Source of the DNA: Verrucomicrobiota bacterium
Lineage (GTDB): Bacteria; Verrucomicrobiota; Verrucomicrobiia; Limisphaerales; Palsa-1400
Length of the DNA stretch: 64,000 nt
Assembly: GCA_049510745.1 (NCBI GenBank)
Contig: JBEKYR010000001.1
Span: 255,920 to 319,919, forward strand
Direction of reading: 5' to 3'
Each line of letters starts with the position of its first letter. The stretch's first letter is position 1. Below, one piece after another: positions 27,152 through 37,843 of this stretch. The notes below the pieces were generated by a model. The model had not been told where the DNA came from, ran no database searches, and was given only the letters and a program-made list of their open reading frames with translations. Position numbers and translations under genes: made by a program.

Positions 27152-29281
27152 TTAGGACGCTGCATAAGCCCTAGTGCCCGGCGAGCGGCATTGGCAGGGC
27201 CCAACTTCCGGTGGAATTCCATCCTGCTCCGCCGGGGCATCGAGACATTCGCGTACGAATTGTGCCAGTTTGCCAATCGAGTAGGGCTTGGGCAGAAAGT
27301 TTCGTCGTTCCAGCAGTGAAGCATCCTTGCCCGCCATGCCGGGACTGTAACCGCTGGTGTAAATCACCTTGAGGCGGGGACATTGCCTCGAGAGGCGTTC
27401 TGCCAGTTCGGTGCCCATGATGCCTCCCGGCATCACCATGTCAGTCAGCAGCAGGTCAACCGGTCGGTTTGCTTGTTCCCACACCTCGAGCGCATCACGA
27501 CCGGACGCAGCCTCCAACACGGTATAACCCTGGAGCTTCAGAACCGAAACCACCATCTGGCGCAAGGCCTCCTCATCTTCAGCCACGAGCACCGTTTCGC
27601 GACCGCTACGCAGGGCGGTATCAACCACCGGCTCCGTCTTCTCGGCCGCTCGTCGGCTCGCCGGAAAATAGACGCGGAAGGTGGTGCCGTGGTTCGGTTT
27701 GCTCTCCACCTCCAGCCAGCCCTGGTGCTGCCGGACAATACCGAAAACCGTGGACAAGCCCAGGCCGGTGCCCTTCCCGACAGGTTTGGTGGTGAAAAAC
27801 GGCTCGAAAATCCGGGTGAGAATCTGCGTGTCCATCCCGACGCCGGTGTCGCTGAACGTCAGGCAAACATAGTCCCCGTCCCGCTGCTCAGGGTCCATCG
27901 GGGTGGGCGCGCGATGAATGGTCTCCAGCGAGGTGGTGATAGAAACCCATCCGCCATTGGGCATGGCATCCCGGGCGTTGACCGCCAGGTTCATGGCGAT
28001 TTGTTCCACCATGCTTCTGTCGGCGTGGATAGCGGGGATTTGGCTCCGGGGGCGAAAATCGATCTGCACGTGTTCGCCCACCAGCCTTTCGAGCATCTTG
28101 ATCGCGCTGCGCAAGATGTCGTTGAGGTCGAGATGCCGGAATTGCATCACCTGCTTGCGGCTGAACATCAGCAGTTGCCGGATGAGTGTGGCGGCGCGGT
28201 CTGCCGCGCCGGTGATCTGTTCCAGCGATTTCTTTTGCGGACTGCCTGGGTCCAAGGTCTGCTGCATCAGGCCGGCGTGCCCTTGGATCACTGTGAGGAC
28301 GTTGTTGAAATCGTGGGCGACGCCGGCAGCCAATTGACCGATGGCCTCCATCTTCTGGGCATGGCGAAGTTGGCGTTCCAACAAAGCCCGCTCGGACACG
28401 TCCTGGGCCAGCAGCAGCACGTGAGGTCGTCCGCCCAGGGCGACCGGGGACAGGGATACCAGCATTTCGTGCAAGGCGCCTGCCCGGCTGCAGATGTTGG
28501 CCACCTGATCTCGCACCGACTCCTGCTGTAACAAACCTTCATACCACTGATCGACAACCGTGGGTCTTTCCCACAGGAACAACTCAGCCGGGGTGCGGCC
28601 GATCATCTCCTCGCGTTTGTAGCCGCTGACCTCGGCGAGGCGTTGATTCACATCCACGAAGCGTTGATCGGGAAGGCGCTGGATGCCGCTGGGAAGGGGA
28701 CTTTCGTGAAACGCCTTGGAGAAGCGCTCTTCGGACATGGCCAGCGATTCGTTGGCCTGCGCCAGTTCCGCTATCTGCAAACCCGCTTGAAAACTGAGCA
28801 GCCATTTTTTGGTTAGGGCGTGGGCCAGTTGCTGCACTTCGATGTTGTCGAACGGCTTTTTGAGGACGAGCAGGTTGTCGGGTTGGCCGACTCTGGCCCG
28901 CATTTCCTCCCACGAATAATCAGCGTAGGCCGTGCAGACGACGATCTGAACTTCGGGATCCACTTCCCAGATGCGCGCAATGGTTTCAATGCCATCCCAG
29001 CCGGGCGGCATCCGCACGTCCACGAAGGCCAGGGCATACGGCCGGTTGTCCGCCAGCGCCTGCTTCACCATCTCCAACGCCTCCTGGCCTTGGTAAGCGG
29101 AGTCCAACTCAAAACCCATCACATCGAGCTTGGCCTCATCGAAGAGGACCGCTTCCATTTTATTCGCCGCGGCCTCGTCGGAGTTGTCCGGACAGAGAAT
29201 CTCCCGGAAGTCGTTGTGGATGCTCGTATTGTCGTCAACGATCAGGATGCGATGGTTTAGTTTCAGGTCTGAGCTTTTCAG
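27152..29281 (-). CDS. Hybrid sensor kinase REC-PAS-HisKA-HATPase-REC; apparent CTG start
   Basis: Frame extends 41 codons upstream of 29158 (HRILIVDDN) to a CTG overlapping the upstream TGA; AHDFNN, GKGTGLGL. Confidence 0.88.
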   Translation of the reverse strand: MKSSDLKLNHRILIVDDNTSIHNDFREILCPDNSDEAAANKMEAVLFDEAKLDVMGFELDSAYQGQEALEMVKQALADNRPYALAFVDVRMPPGWDGIETIARIWEVDPEVQIVVCTAYADYSWEEMRARVGQPDNLLVLKKPFDNIEVQQLAHALTKKWLLSFQAGLQIAELAQANESLAMSEERFSKAFHESPLPSGIQRLPDQRFVDVNQRLAEVSGYKREEMIGRTPAELFLWERPTVVDQWYEGLLQQESVRDQVANICSRAGALHEMLVSLSPVALGGRPHVLLLAQDVSERALLERQLRHAQKMEAIGQLAAGVAHDFNNVLTVIQGHAGLMQQTLDPGSPQKKSLEQITGAADRAATLIRQLLMFSRKQVMQFRHLDLNDILRSAIKMLERLVGEHVQIDFRPRSQIPAIHADRSMVEQIAMNLAVNARDAMPNGGWVSITTSLETIHRAPTPMDPEQRDGDYVCLTFSDTGVGMDTQILTRIFEPFFTTKPVGKGTGLGLSTVFGIVRQHQGWLEVESKPNHGTTFRVYFPASRRAAEKTEPVVDTALRSGRETVLVAEDEEALRQMVVSVLKLQGYTVLEAASGRDALEVWEQANRPVDLLLTDMVMPGGIMGTELAERLSRQCPRLKVIYTSGYSPGMAGKDASLLERRNFLPKPYSIGKLAQFVRECLDAPAEQDGIPPEVGPCQCRSPGTRAYAAS

Positions 29282-31263
29282 GCGATCCTTCCTGTTGCTG
29301 AATGTTCTTCTTGCCGGACGGATGCCGCGGCGGGTAATTCGAGAGTAAACTCGGCGCCTTTGCCGGGGCCGTCGCTACGGGCCGTGAGGGTGCCACCCAT
29401 TTCTTTGGCGGCGTTGGCCCCACTATGGAGGCCGAAGCCGTGGCCGTCCTTCTTGGTCGTAAAACCGTGGTTGAAAATCCGGGTCAGGTGTTCCGGGGCA
29501 ATCCCGACACCATTGTCCGCGATGGTGATTCTTACCCGGTCGGCAGACACCAGTCCCACCCGGACTACCAAACGCTTGGCATGTCCGCTCTGCGCATCCA
29601 TGGCATACTTCGCGTTGCGGAGCAGGTTGATGAGAATCTGCAACACCTTGTGCCGGTCCACGCGCACCAGCGGTATGTTCGCGGCAAACTCCCGAACCAG
29701 CTCGATGCCATGCCGGTCAAAGGCGGCAGCATTCATCCGCAAGGCATCTTCAACCAATGCCACCACCGCCAGATTTTCATAGAGGCCGGAGACTTTGGCG
29801 TAGGTCTGCTGCATCGCCACAATCTCTTTGATGTGCTCGATATGCTGGCCGACGGAGTCCATTTTCGCGATCAACTTGGTCTGCTCGCTGGCCAACTGGT
29901 CCGCCACCGTGGCAAGATATTCGGGAATCAGTTTGCCCTTCGGGTCGGTGGTCAGGAATTCGGCGAGATGGCCGTTTTGCTCGCGCAAGACGGCCGTGGC
30001 GCGGCGCAAATTCGCCAGCTTGGAGCGCCGCAGCCGCTCGACCACCACAGTGGCGGCCACGCTCACGCTGTTGAGCACATTGCCGACATTGTGCAGCACG
30101 CCCGTGGCCACCTCGGCCATGCCCGCAAGCCGGGAGGTGCCCATCAACTGCCGGTTGAGCTTGTCAAGTTGCTCGGCATCCTGTTTCTGCCGGGTGACGT
30201 CCAGGAAGATGCCGCGCACGGCCACAGGCTGGCCTTTCTCCACCAGCACCGTGCCGCTCTCACGGATCCAGACTATCCGCCCATCGGCGGCAATCATCCG
30301 GTACTCGTAGGTGTAGGGCTGAGCCTGGGCAGCCAGGTCGTGGCCGGCCCGGATGGCTTTGGCCGCATCCTGCGGGTGCAGTTTCTCCTCCCAAAAGTTT
30401 GGCTGGTCCAGCCACATCTGAGGCTGATAACCGAGAATCTCTTCACTCTGGCGGCTGATAAAGGTGAACCGGAATGTCTCCGGCGTGCGTTCCCAGACGA
30501 TGCCATCGATCGAGTGAATCAACGCTTCCATCTTCTGCTGCGAGACGCTGAGCGCGGCATCCTGGCTCTGAATGCGGCTGAGCATCTCGTTGAACGACTC
30601 CGCGAGTCTGCCCAGTTCGTCGCCCCGGTTGCCCACCACCGCGCGTACCGAGTAGTCCTTTTTCTCGCCGACCGTTCGGGCGGTCTGCGCTAACTGCAGG
30701 ATTGGATTGGTAATGGTGCGTCCCAACCGGCTCGAAAGAAACGCCGCCAGACAGATGGACACCCCTACGATGCCCACAACGACCAACGCGTAGAAACCGA
30801 GCAGTTCCAGAAACGTTCGCCGATAGTCCGACCGAAGGTAAAGTGTGCCCACCTGCTCCCCCTTCAACTTGACCGGGCGGGTGACTAGCAGGTGTCCGCT
30901 GACGAAACGGTATTCTCCCGCAGGCGGAAACTGCAACCGCGCCTGTGCGTCCTCACCCTTCCCGAAATGGGCGAACAACGAGCCGTCAGGCAAAACCAGG
31001 CTGGCCGCCAGCACGCTGGGTTTGGCCTGGAGGGCACTCACCACCTCGGTCGCGGCTTGGTCATCTTTGAAGGCCATCGCCGCTGTGCTGTTGTTGGCGA
31101 TAACAGCCGCCAGGGTGGCCGTGTCCCGCTGAAAATTGGAGCGGAAGTTCAGCACCTGGAAGGTGAACAGCGCGGCTATGGCGACGCAGAGGACCGCGCC
31201 GCAGATGAGCAGTGTCATCACCAGCATCTTCCGCTGAATGGGGAGATCTCGGAACAGTTTCAT
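29278..31263 (-). CDS. Membrane sensor histidine kinase (periplasmic sensor, HAMP, PAS)
   Basis: MKLFRDLPIQRK; DELGRLAESFN; VLHNVGN; GHGFGLH. Confidence 0.92.
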   Translation of the reverse strand: MKLFRDLPIQRKMLVMTLLICGAVLCVAIAALFTFQVLNFRSNFQRDTATLAAVIANNSTAAMAFKDDQAATEVVSALQAKPSVLAASLVLPDGSLFAHFGKGEDAQARLQFPPAGEYRFVSGHLLVTRPVKLKGEQVGTLYLRSDYRRTFLELLGFYALVVVGIVGVSICLAAFLSSRLGRTITNPILQLAQTARTVGEKKDYSVRAVVGNRGDELGRLAESFNEMLSRIQSQDAALSVSQQKMEALIHSIDGIVWERTPETFRFTFISRQSEEILGYQPQMWLDQPNFWEEKLHPQDAAKAIRAGHDLAAQAQPYTYEYRMIAADGRIVWIRESGTVLVEKGQPVAVRGIFLDVTRQKQDAEQLDKLNRQLMGTSRLAGMAEVATGVLHNVGNVLNSVSVAATVVVERLRRSKLANLRRATAVLREQNGHLAEFLTTDPKGKLIPEYLATVADQLASEQTKLIAKMDSVGQHIEHIKEIVAMQQTYAKVSGLYENLAVVALVEDALRMNAAAFDRHGIELVREFAANIPLVRVDRHKVLQILINLLRNAKYAMDAQSGHAKRLVVRVGLVSADRVRITIADNGVGIAPEHLTRIFNHGFTTKKDGHGFGLHSGANAAKEMGGTLTARSDGPGKGAEFTLELPAAASVRQEEHSATGRIA

Positions 31264-31573
31264 CGTGTCTCCAGGCGCGCTATCGCTCCCCAACCCATCT
31301 CGAGCAGTTTGACGGGTAATGCCGGGGCGACCCCGGGGCGGGCCGCCGACAACCCGTCCGGCACCCCCCCCCGGCGGAGATGCCAATCCGCGCAACGGCG
31401 AGAATCAAGACAGCAGACTCTGCCGGAAAAGGGCAAGTTTTTCTCATTTTCTGCAAGTTTTATGCGAGCATCCACGCATTCCCAGCCAACAAGCAACTGA
31501 CGTGCCAAGTGCGCTGTGCGCGACTGCAATGGCCTATGTCGCGTCCCGGATTTCTATGAGAGAGATTCCGGCG

Positions 31574-32122
31574 TCAGTCTCCCGGACGCGAGGCGAGGCT
31601 CATCAGCTTGGAACTGATTTTCAACCCCGCGCTCGTGGCCGCGTCCTTGTTGATCTGGAAGCGGATTTTATTCCCTTTGAGGACGAAATTGATCATGCCG
31701 CCGGTTTCGGTGAAACGGTCCGTCTCCCCCACGGTCAGCACACTGGCCCCTTTGAGCCTCTCAAGGATCGCCGGCAGCCGCTCTTTTTCGGAGGCACTGA
31801 TGAAAAGAATGTGGCAGTTGGTTGCTTCTGTCGGCGAACGAAGTTCCTTGATCACCAGGGGGTGGTCATCGACGGTCTTATTCTGAATCATTCGCGCGAG
31901 ATCGTCGTGGAACGGGTTTTCACCCAGAATGCCGATGACAATCGGTGATGCCTTCCCGGCAAAGGCCCTCGGCGGCCATTCAACGAATTTCGCGAAATTG
32001 AAAAGGAACGCGGCCTTGATCTGGTATTCCGTCGGCTGCGATTCTTGCGCGTGGCCATTGCCGCCGACCACCAGCAGCCAGATCAGGCTCAGACTTAAGA
32101 GTAATGTCGCGCCAGAACGCAT
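31574..32122 (-). CDS. YfiR family (DUF4154) periplasmic protein
   Basis: EYQIKAAFLFNFAKFVEWP, CHILFIS, GGMINF, LKISSKLM. Confidence 0.92.
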   Translation of the reverse strand: MRSGATLLLSLSLIWLLVVGGNGHAQESQPTEYQIKAAFLFNFAKFVEWPPRAFAGKASPIVIGILGENPFHDDLARMIQNKTVDDHPLVIKELRSPTEATNCHILFISASEKERLPAILERLKGASVLTVGETDRFTETGGMINFVLKGNKIRFQINKDAATSAGLKISSKLMSLASRPGD

Positions 32123-32385
32123 AAACCAATGAATCGCAGTGACTTGGGTCTAGCCTCGCCGCTGCGGTTCGCTCCGTTTCATTTCCACCCAGTTTGTCTC
32201 AAAACACAAGGCGAGGCTCGCTCCAGCCGCGGGCATCGAGTTGGTTGCGCGGATAATCACGACCTCAAAATGCAAACCCAGATCGCGCAGAACGCCTTTT
32301 CACTTCGCACTCAACGAGCTTTGCTGCAACGCCATGCAGAACGGGCTTGCAGCGACACTGCCATCCTGATTGTATCACGGCAAGC

Positions 32386-34446
32386 ATGAACAAGTTAAGA
32401 TGCGCCCGCCGCCATTCGTTTGCTGGTGTGTTTTTGGACCCCGAGCGCGTGCGCGGCGCGTTCCTAATGCTCGCCCTTTCGTTCGCGCTTGACGCCCTGT
32501 CGGCGGAGAATAACCCGAACCCAAAAGCGAACGATCTCACCGAACTCCCATTGGAGGCGCTGATGAATCTGGAGGTTCCGAAGGTGTACGCCGCGTCCAA
32601 GCTCGAGCAAAAAACTACGGAAGCTCCCGCTTCCACCACAGTCGTCACCTCTGACGAAATCAAGAAGTTTGGCTATCGAACATTGGCCGACGTCTTGCAG
32701 AGTGTGCAAGGATTCAACGTGTCTTATGACCGCAACTACGATTTTCTCGGAGCCAGAGGAATCAGCCTGGGCAATGCCAACAACCGAATATTGCTGCTGG
32801 TTAATGGCCACCGTGTCAATAATGACCTAACGGATGGCGCGGCCGTTGGCACAGATTTTATTCTCGATATTGACTTGGTGGATCGGATCGAAGTCATTCG
32901 CGGCCCCGGCGCTGTGCTTTATGGGAACAACGCCTTCCTCGGCGTGATCAACGTAATCACAAGGCAGGGCGGGCAGATCAACGGCGTCGAGACTTCTTTC
33001 GACTACGGGGCGTTTGGCACCTACAAGGGCCGGGTGACTTATGGAAAGCTCTTTACGAACGGCGTCCAAATGTTGCTTTCCGGAACGTATTACGACAGCG
33101 GCGGCCAAAATCGCTTGTTTTACAGGGAATTCGATACGCCGGCTCAAAATAACGGCGTGGCACAGAACATGGATGCTGATTCGTTCGGCAGTCTTCTTGC
33201 TTCGCTGGGTTACGGGGATTTTACCTTTGAAAGTGCCTTCAACCATCGCGAAAAAGTCAACCCGACAGCGCAATTCGACCTGACGACGTTCAACGATTCG
33301 CGCCTGCGCACGATGGATGAGCGGGGTTATACCGCACTGAAGTTCGCGCACAGCTTTCCGGAGGTGGTCGATGTCACCGCGCAGGTTTATTTCGACCGTT
33401 ACACTCATTACAGTGGCTATCCGCAATCCCTCGTGGTGGGCACCAATGTCCTCTTTAGCGCGTTTACCACCGAGCACGACACAGGCGAATGGTGGGGCAC
33501 GGAACTGCAACTCAACAAAACTTTATGGGACCGGCACGTCATCACCTTGGGCGGCGAATACCGGGATGACTTTCTCCAAGAGCAGCGCATTTCCGGCCAG
33601 GCTCCGGTCATCCGGGACCGGGAAAGTTACGGGGTTTATTTGCAGGGCGATTTCGCCGTGCTGACAAACTTCCATTTCAACGGAGGCGTGCGGTATGACC
33701 AGTACGGCGATTTCAATCCGGCATTGGACCCGCGCGTGGCTTTGATTTACAACCCGGTCAAAAGTTCAACTCTAAAAGCCATTTACGGGACGGCCTTTCG
33801 CGTGCCGGATTTTGAGGAGTTGAGCGATCCCAGGTTTCAAAACATCAGCCCGGAGCGGATCACCAGCTATGAGTTGGATTACGAGCAGGAAATCGGACGG
33901 CGCCTCCGCGCTTCGGTTTCGGGCTTTTACAATCAAATGGACCATTTGATTGTTTTTGACAGCGGGAGCTTCACCAACTTTAACGCCCAAACCAAAGGCA
34001 CCGAGCTTGCGCTCGAAGGGTCCTGGACGGGTGGCATCCGTACTCGGGCCAGCTATTCATTTCAGTACACAAAAAATGACACGGTGAGCTGGCAGATGCC
34101 GGACTCGCCCAACCATATGGGCAAACTCAGTCTCAGTGTGCCGCTGGTAAAGGACAAGCTCTTCGCGGGCGCGGAATTTCAATTCACAAGCGACCGGTTT
34201 TCGCTCCACAATGCCACCGACTCCATGGGCCAGCCAATTACTGTACAAGGCGAGGAGGCCGGAGGTTATGGCGTCATTAACTTGACCTTGTTCAGCCAGA
34301 ACCTTATCCGGAACGTGGAGTTTTCGGCCAGCGTTTACAACCTTTTGAATTACCGGTATTTGGACCCCGCCTCGGTATTCCATGTGCAGGACACGATCCA
34401 GCAAGATGGGCGCAGTTTCCGCGTAAAACTAACGTACCGCTTTTAG
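32386..34446 (+). CDS. TonB-dependent receptor
   Basis: LEALMNLEV..ASK, RIEVIRGPGAVLYG, terminal LTYRF; start uncertain (32347-32467). Confidence 0.93.
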   Translation: MNKLRCARRHSFAGVFLDPERVRGAFLMLALSFALDALSAENNPNPKANDLTELPLEALMNLEVPKVYAASKLEQKTTEAPASTTVVTSDEIKKFGYRTLADVLQSVQGFNVSYDRNYDFLGARGISLGNANNRILLLVNGHRVNNDLTDGAAVGTDFILDIDLVDRIEVIRGPGAVLYGNNAFLGVINVITRQGGQINGVETSFDYGAFGTYKGRVTYGKLFTNGVQMLLSGTYYDSGGQNRLFYREFDTPAQNNGVAQNMDADSFGSLLASLGYGDFTFESAFNHREKVNPTAQFDLTTFNDSRLRTMDERGYTALKFAHSFPEVVDVTAQVYFDRYTHYSGYPQSLVVGTNVLFSAFTTEHDTGEWWGTELQLNKTLWDRHVITLGGEYRDDFLQEQRISGQAPVIRDRESYGVYLQGDFAVLTNFHFNGGVRYDQYGDFNPALDPRVALIYNPVKSSTLKAIYGTAFRVPDFEELSDPRFQNISPERITSYELDYEQEIGRRLRASVSGFYNQMDHLIVFDSGSFTNFNAQTKGTELALEGSWTGGIRTRASYSFQYTKNDTVSWQMPDSPNHMGKLSLSVPLVKDKLFAGAEFQFTSDRFSLHNATDSMGQPITVQGEEAGGYGVINLTLFSQNLIRNVEFSASVYNLLNYRYLDPASVFHVQDTIQQDGRSFRVKLTYRF

Positions 34447-34476
34447 GAATTGGCACAGGATTAGCTGACTGCTCTT

Positions 34477-36828
34477 GTGCTTCCGTGTACGGGAAACAGT
34501 CTGCAAGGATGGTGCCGGCTGCAAAAGGCGGCCGTTTGCCTCCTGTTGTCCGGCCTCCTTCTGGCATGGCCCTGCGCCGCCATCGGGCCGCCTCCGGTCA
34601 TTACTGTCCAACCTTTGAACCAGACTGTCCTGTTTCAAGGCACTGCGACCTTTTCGGTGACTGCCTCCAGCGGAACTACTATGACATATCAGTGGCGCAA
34701 AAATGGCGCCAACGTTGGCGGTGCGACCTCGAGCAGTTACACTATTGCCGATGCCCAGGCAACTGATCAGGCATCTTACTCGGTGAAAATAGTCAACGGC
34801 GGAGGTTCGGTGACCAGCTCCAATGCGACCTTGACCGTCCTTTTTCCGCCGGGGATTACGACGCAGCCGGCCAGCCAGGCGGTGGTGCTTGGCCAGAACG
34901 CCTCCTTTTCAGTCGCGGCGAGCGGCACGGCGCCTATCAGCTATCAGTGGAGCTTGAGCGGCAGCCCCTTGGCCGGGGCCACCAGTTCAGCGCTGACGCT
35001 CACCAGCGTTCAGACCAATCAAGCCGGCATCTATGCCGTGCTGGTTACCAATGCCTACGGCGCCGTGACGAGCATCAACGCGACGCTGACGGTCTATGTT
35101 CCGCCGAGCATCACGACCCAGCCCCTGAGCCAGGGGGTGACACAGGGGCAGCCTGTTTCGTTCTCCGTCGTGGCGGGTGGTTCATCGCCCTTCACCTACC
35201 AGTGGTATTTCAACGGCTCATCGTTGGGCAATAGTGGAGGGGCTCGTACTTCAACGTACACGCTCTACAGCGCGCAGAACGGAGGAAATTACTCGGCGGT
35301 GGTGTCTGGCCCGGGAGGTTCAGTGACCAGCGCGGTGGCGTTGCTGACGGTCTATGTTCCGCCGACCATCCATACGCAGCCGCAGAACCAGACGGTGGTC
35401 CAGGGTCAGACCGCTTCGTTCTCCGTCGAAGCGAACGGCACGGCGCCGTTCAGTTATCAATGGGATTTCAACGGCTCGGCCGTCTCGGGCGCCACCAGTT
35501 CAGCGCTGGCGCTGACCAATGTTCAGGCGACACAAGCCGGCAGCTACACGGTGGTGGTGACGAACAACGGCGGCAGCATTACCAGCCGGGTGGCGACGTT
35601 GACCGTGAATGCGCCCCCCTCGATCACGACTCAACCGCAGAGCCAGTGGGTCACGCAGGGTCGGAACGTTTCGTTCTCCGTCGTGGCGAGCGGCACGGCA
35701 ACGCTCACCTACCAGTGGTTTTTTAACGGCTCATCGTTGGGCTGGACGGCCAGGAGTTCAACGCTCATGGTCAACAACGTTGGGACGAATAACACCGGCA
35801 ACTACACGGTGGTGGTGAATAACAACTGGGGCTCGGCGACGAGCGCAGTGGCGACGTTGACCCTCTTCGTTCCGCCGGGCATTCAGACGCAGCCCAATAA
35901 TCTGACGGTGACGCAGGGTCAGAACGCTTCGTTCTCTGTCGTAGCCAGCGGCACGGCGCCATTAAACTATCAGTGGAATTTCAACGGCACGGCCTTGTCC
36001 GGCGCCACCACTTCAGCGCTGACGCTCACCAACGTTCAGACCACTGGCGCTGGCAACTACAATGTAGTGGTGACCAACAACGCCGGAAGCATCACCAGCC
36101 AGGTGGCGACCTTGACGGTTCTCGTTCCGGCGGGGATCACGACGCAGCCCCAGAGCCAGGCGGTGGTACAGGGTCAGAACGCTTCGTTCTCTGTGGGAGC
36201 CAGCGGCACGGCGCCATTAAGCTATCAGTGGAATTTCAACGGCACGGCCGTGTCCGGCGCCACCACTTCAGCGCTGACGCTCACCAACGTTCTGACGAAC
36301 TCCTGGGGTTCGGTCACGACCGCGGTGGCGATGCTGACGGTCTATGTTCCGCCGGCGATCACGACCCAGCCGCAGAGCCAGGCAGTGGCGCAGGACCAGA
36401 ACGTTTCGTTCTCCGTCGTGGCCAGCGGCACGTCCCCGTTCACCTATCAATGGTATTTCAACGGCACGGCCGTGTCCGACGCCACCACTTCAGCGCTGAC
36501 GTTCACCAACGTTCAGACGACTGGCGCCGGCAGCTACATGGTGGTGGTGACCAACAACGCCGGCTCGATTACCAGTGCGGTGGCGACCTTGACCGTGACG
36601 AACCCCGACGTCACTCTATCGCTTTCCGGTAATGCAGGAATGACTCCCAATGGGTTCACCTTCCAGTTGTCCGTGCCGGTTGGGTGCATGTACGTCATTT
36701 TGGCTTCGACCGATTTCCAGGCTTGGACACCGATTGCCACCAATGTCGCCACAACCGGAAGCATCGTTTTTACGGATACTGCAGCCGCAAACTATCGCAG
36801 TCGGTTTTATCGCGCGATCGTGCAGTAA
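34477..36828 (+). CDS. Secreted tandem immunoglobulin-domain protein (8 repeats) with Verrucomicrobia-type C-terminal domain
   Basis: PPxITTQP...YQWxFNG...GxYxVVV repeats; SRFYRA. Confidence 0.9.
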   Translation: MLPCTGNSLQGWCRLQKAAVCLLLSGLLLAWPCAAIGPPPVITVQPLNQTVLFQGTATFSVTASSGTTMTYQWRKNGANVGGATSSSYTIADAQATDQASYSVKIVNGGGSVTSSNATLTVLFPPGITTQPASQAVVLGQNASFSVAASGTAPISYQWSLSGSPLAGATSSALTLTSVQTNQAGIYAVLVTNAYGAVTSINATLTVYVPPSITTQPLSQGVTQGQPVSFSVVAGGSSPFTYQWYFNGSSLGNSGGARTSTYTLYSAQNGGNYSAVVSGPGGSVTSAVALLTVYVPPTIHTQPQNQTVVQGQTASFSVEANGTAPFSYQWDFNGSAVSGATSSALALTNVQATQAGSYTVVVTNNGGSITSRVATLTVNAPPSITTQPQSQWVTQGRNVSFSVVASGTATLTYQWFFNGSSLGWTARSSTLMVNNVGTNNTGNYTVVVNNNWGSATSAVATLTLFVPPGIQTQPNNLTVTQGQNASFSVVASGTAPLNYQWNFNGTALSGATTSALTLTNVQTTGAGNYNVVVTNNAGSITSQVATLTVLVPAGITTQPQSQAVVQGQNASFSVGASGTAPLSYQWNFNGTAVSGATTSALTLTNVLTNSWGSVTTAVAMLTVYVPPAITTQPQSQAVAQDQNVSFSVVASGTSPFTYQWYFNGTAVSDATTSALTFTNVQTTGAGSYMVVVTNNAGSITSAVATLTVTNPDVTLSLSGNAGMTPNGFTFQLSVPVGCMYVILASTDFQAWTPIATNVATTGSIVFTDTAAANYRSRFYRAIVQ

Positions 36829-37197
36829 ACGCCCCGATTCTTGAATCCTGAAGGAGGTTCTCCCTAACTGCCCGCGTTTGCTATGGGCAGGGAAGAAGCC
36901 CAGAGCGGCAAATCAGTGTCCATCGTCTCCGTCCTGCGCTGCTCGAGTTCGCTATGCGTCTGACCAACGCTGCGCGTGAAGCTGCTGTTTGTTGGGGCCA
37001 GCCTGGAGGATAGCACCGGCATCGGGGAGGACTTGCAGGCGCCCCATCCGCACCTCAGTGGAAAACTCATTTTCTTCCAAAAGCACATGATTCATAGTGG
37101 GGTATGATGCGGGCCGAATCCGAGGAATGACGGATAATCAGAGAATCCTTGCGAAATAAAATTGAAGGTTTTTGACCGGTGGGGCATAAACCTGGCC

Positions 37198-37717
37198 ATG
37201 TTAGCACGGGTCTTGTCTGCCGCTGTCAGCGGCATGAATCCATCACCGGACGGAAAAATGCCCGGGGGAGTCTCGCAACTCGCCGCGGGAAATCCAGAAT
37301 TATTTGGGCCGCATTTCCGGCCCATTGCTGGATCGAATTGACCTTCATATGGAAGTGCCGCAAGTGAAGTTCCGCGAGATCAGCAGCGAACGAACCGGTG
37401 AGAATTCCGCCACCATCCGCAAGCGGGTGGTCGCAGCCCGGATACGTCAACACACTCGATTTGCCAGCAAGCGCGACGTTACCTGCAATGCCCGGATGGG
37501 GCCGCGTGAATTAAAAAGGTATTGTGCGCTGGATGAGGCGACCAAAGAACTGCTCAAGTTTGCCATGGCCGATCTCAATTTGAGCGCCCGAGCCTACGAC
37601 CGCATTTTAAAAGTCGCCCGCACCATCGCCGACCCGGCCGGCGCCGATAACATCACGGGCGACCACATCTCCGAAGCCATCCAGTATCGTTCGCTTGACA
37701 GGCAGTTGTGGACGTGA
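37198..37717 (+). pseudogene. comM: comM copy with internal deletion (codons ~13-348) and +1 frameshift
   Basis: MLARVLSAAVSG joined to MNPSPDGKMPG at 37233/37234, then ...IQYRSLDRQLWT*. Confidence 0.95.
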
Positions 37718-37843
37718 AAACCCAATTGTCATAATTACAGCGAGGACCCCTTTTACACGCGGAATCACAAGAAGATCGCCTGCTCGCCAAACACCCGCTG
37801 AAATAGAGTTGCTTTGAGCCGCCGATGCTGCGAGGATTCGGCC

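Noticed and set aside
36829..37197. Short ORFs between the Ig gene and the comM pseudogene
   Set aside because: No recognisable motif or start context.
24896..37717. Diversity-generating retroelement (TR/VR pair from comM repeats)
   Set aside because: No reverse transcriptase is present, and the differences are synonymous rather than adenine-specific.
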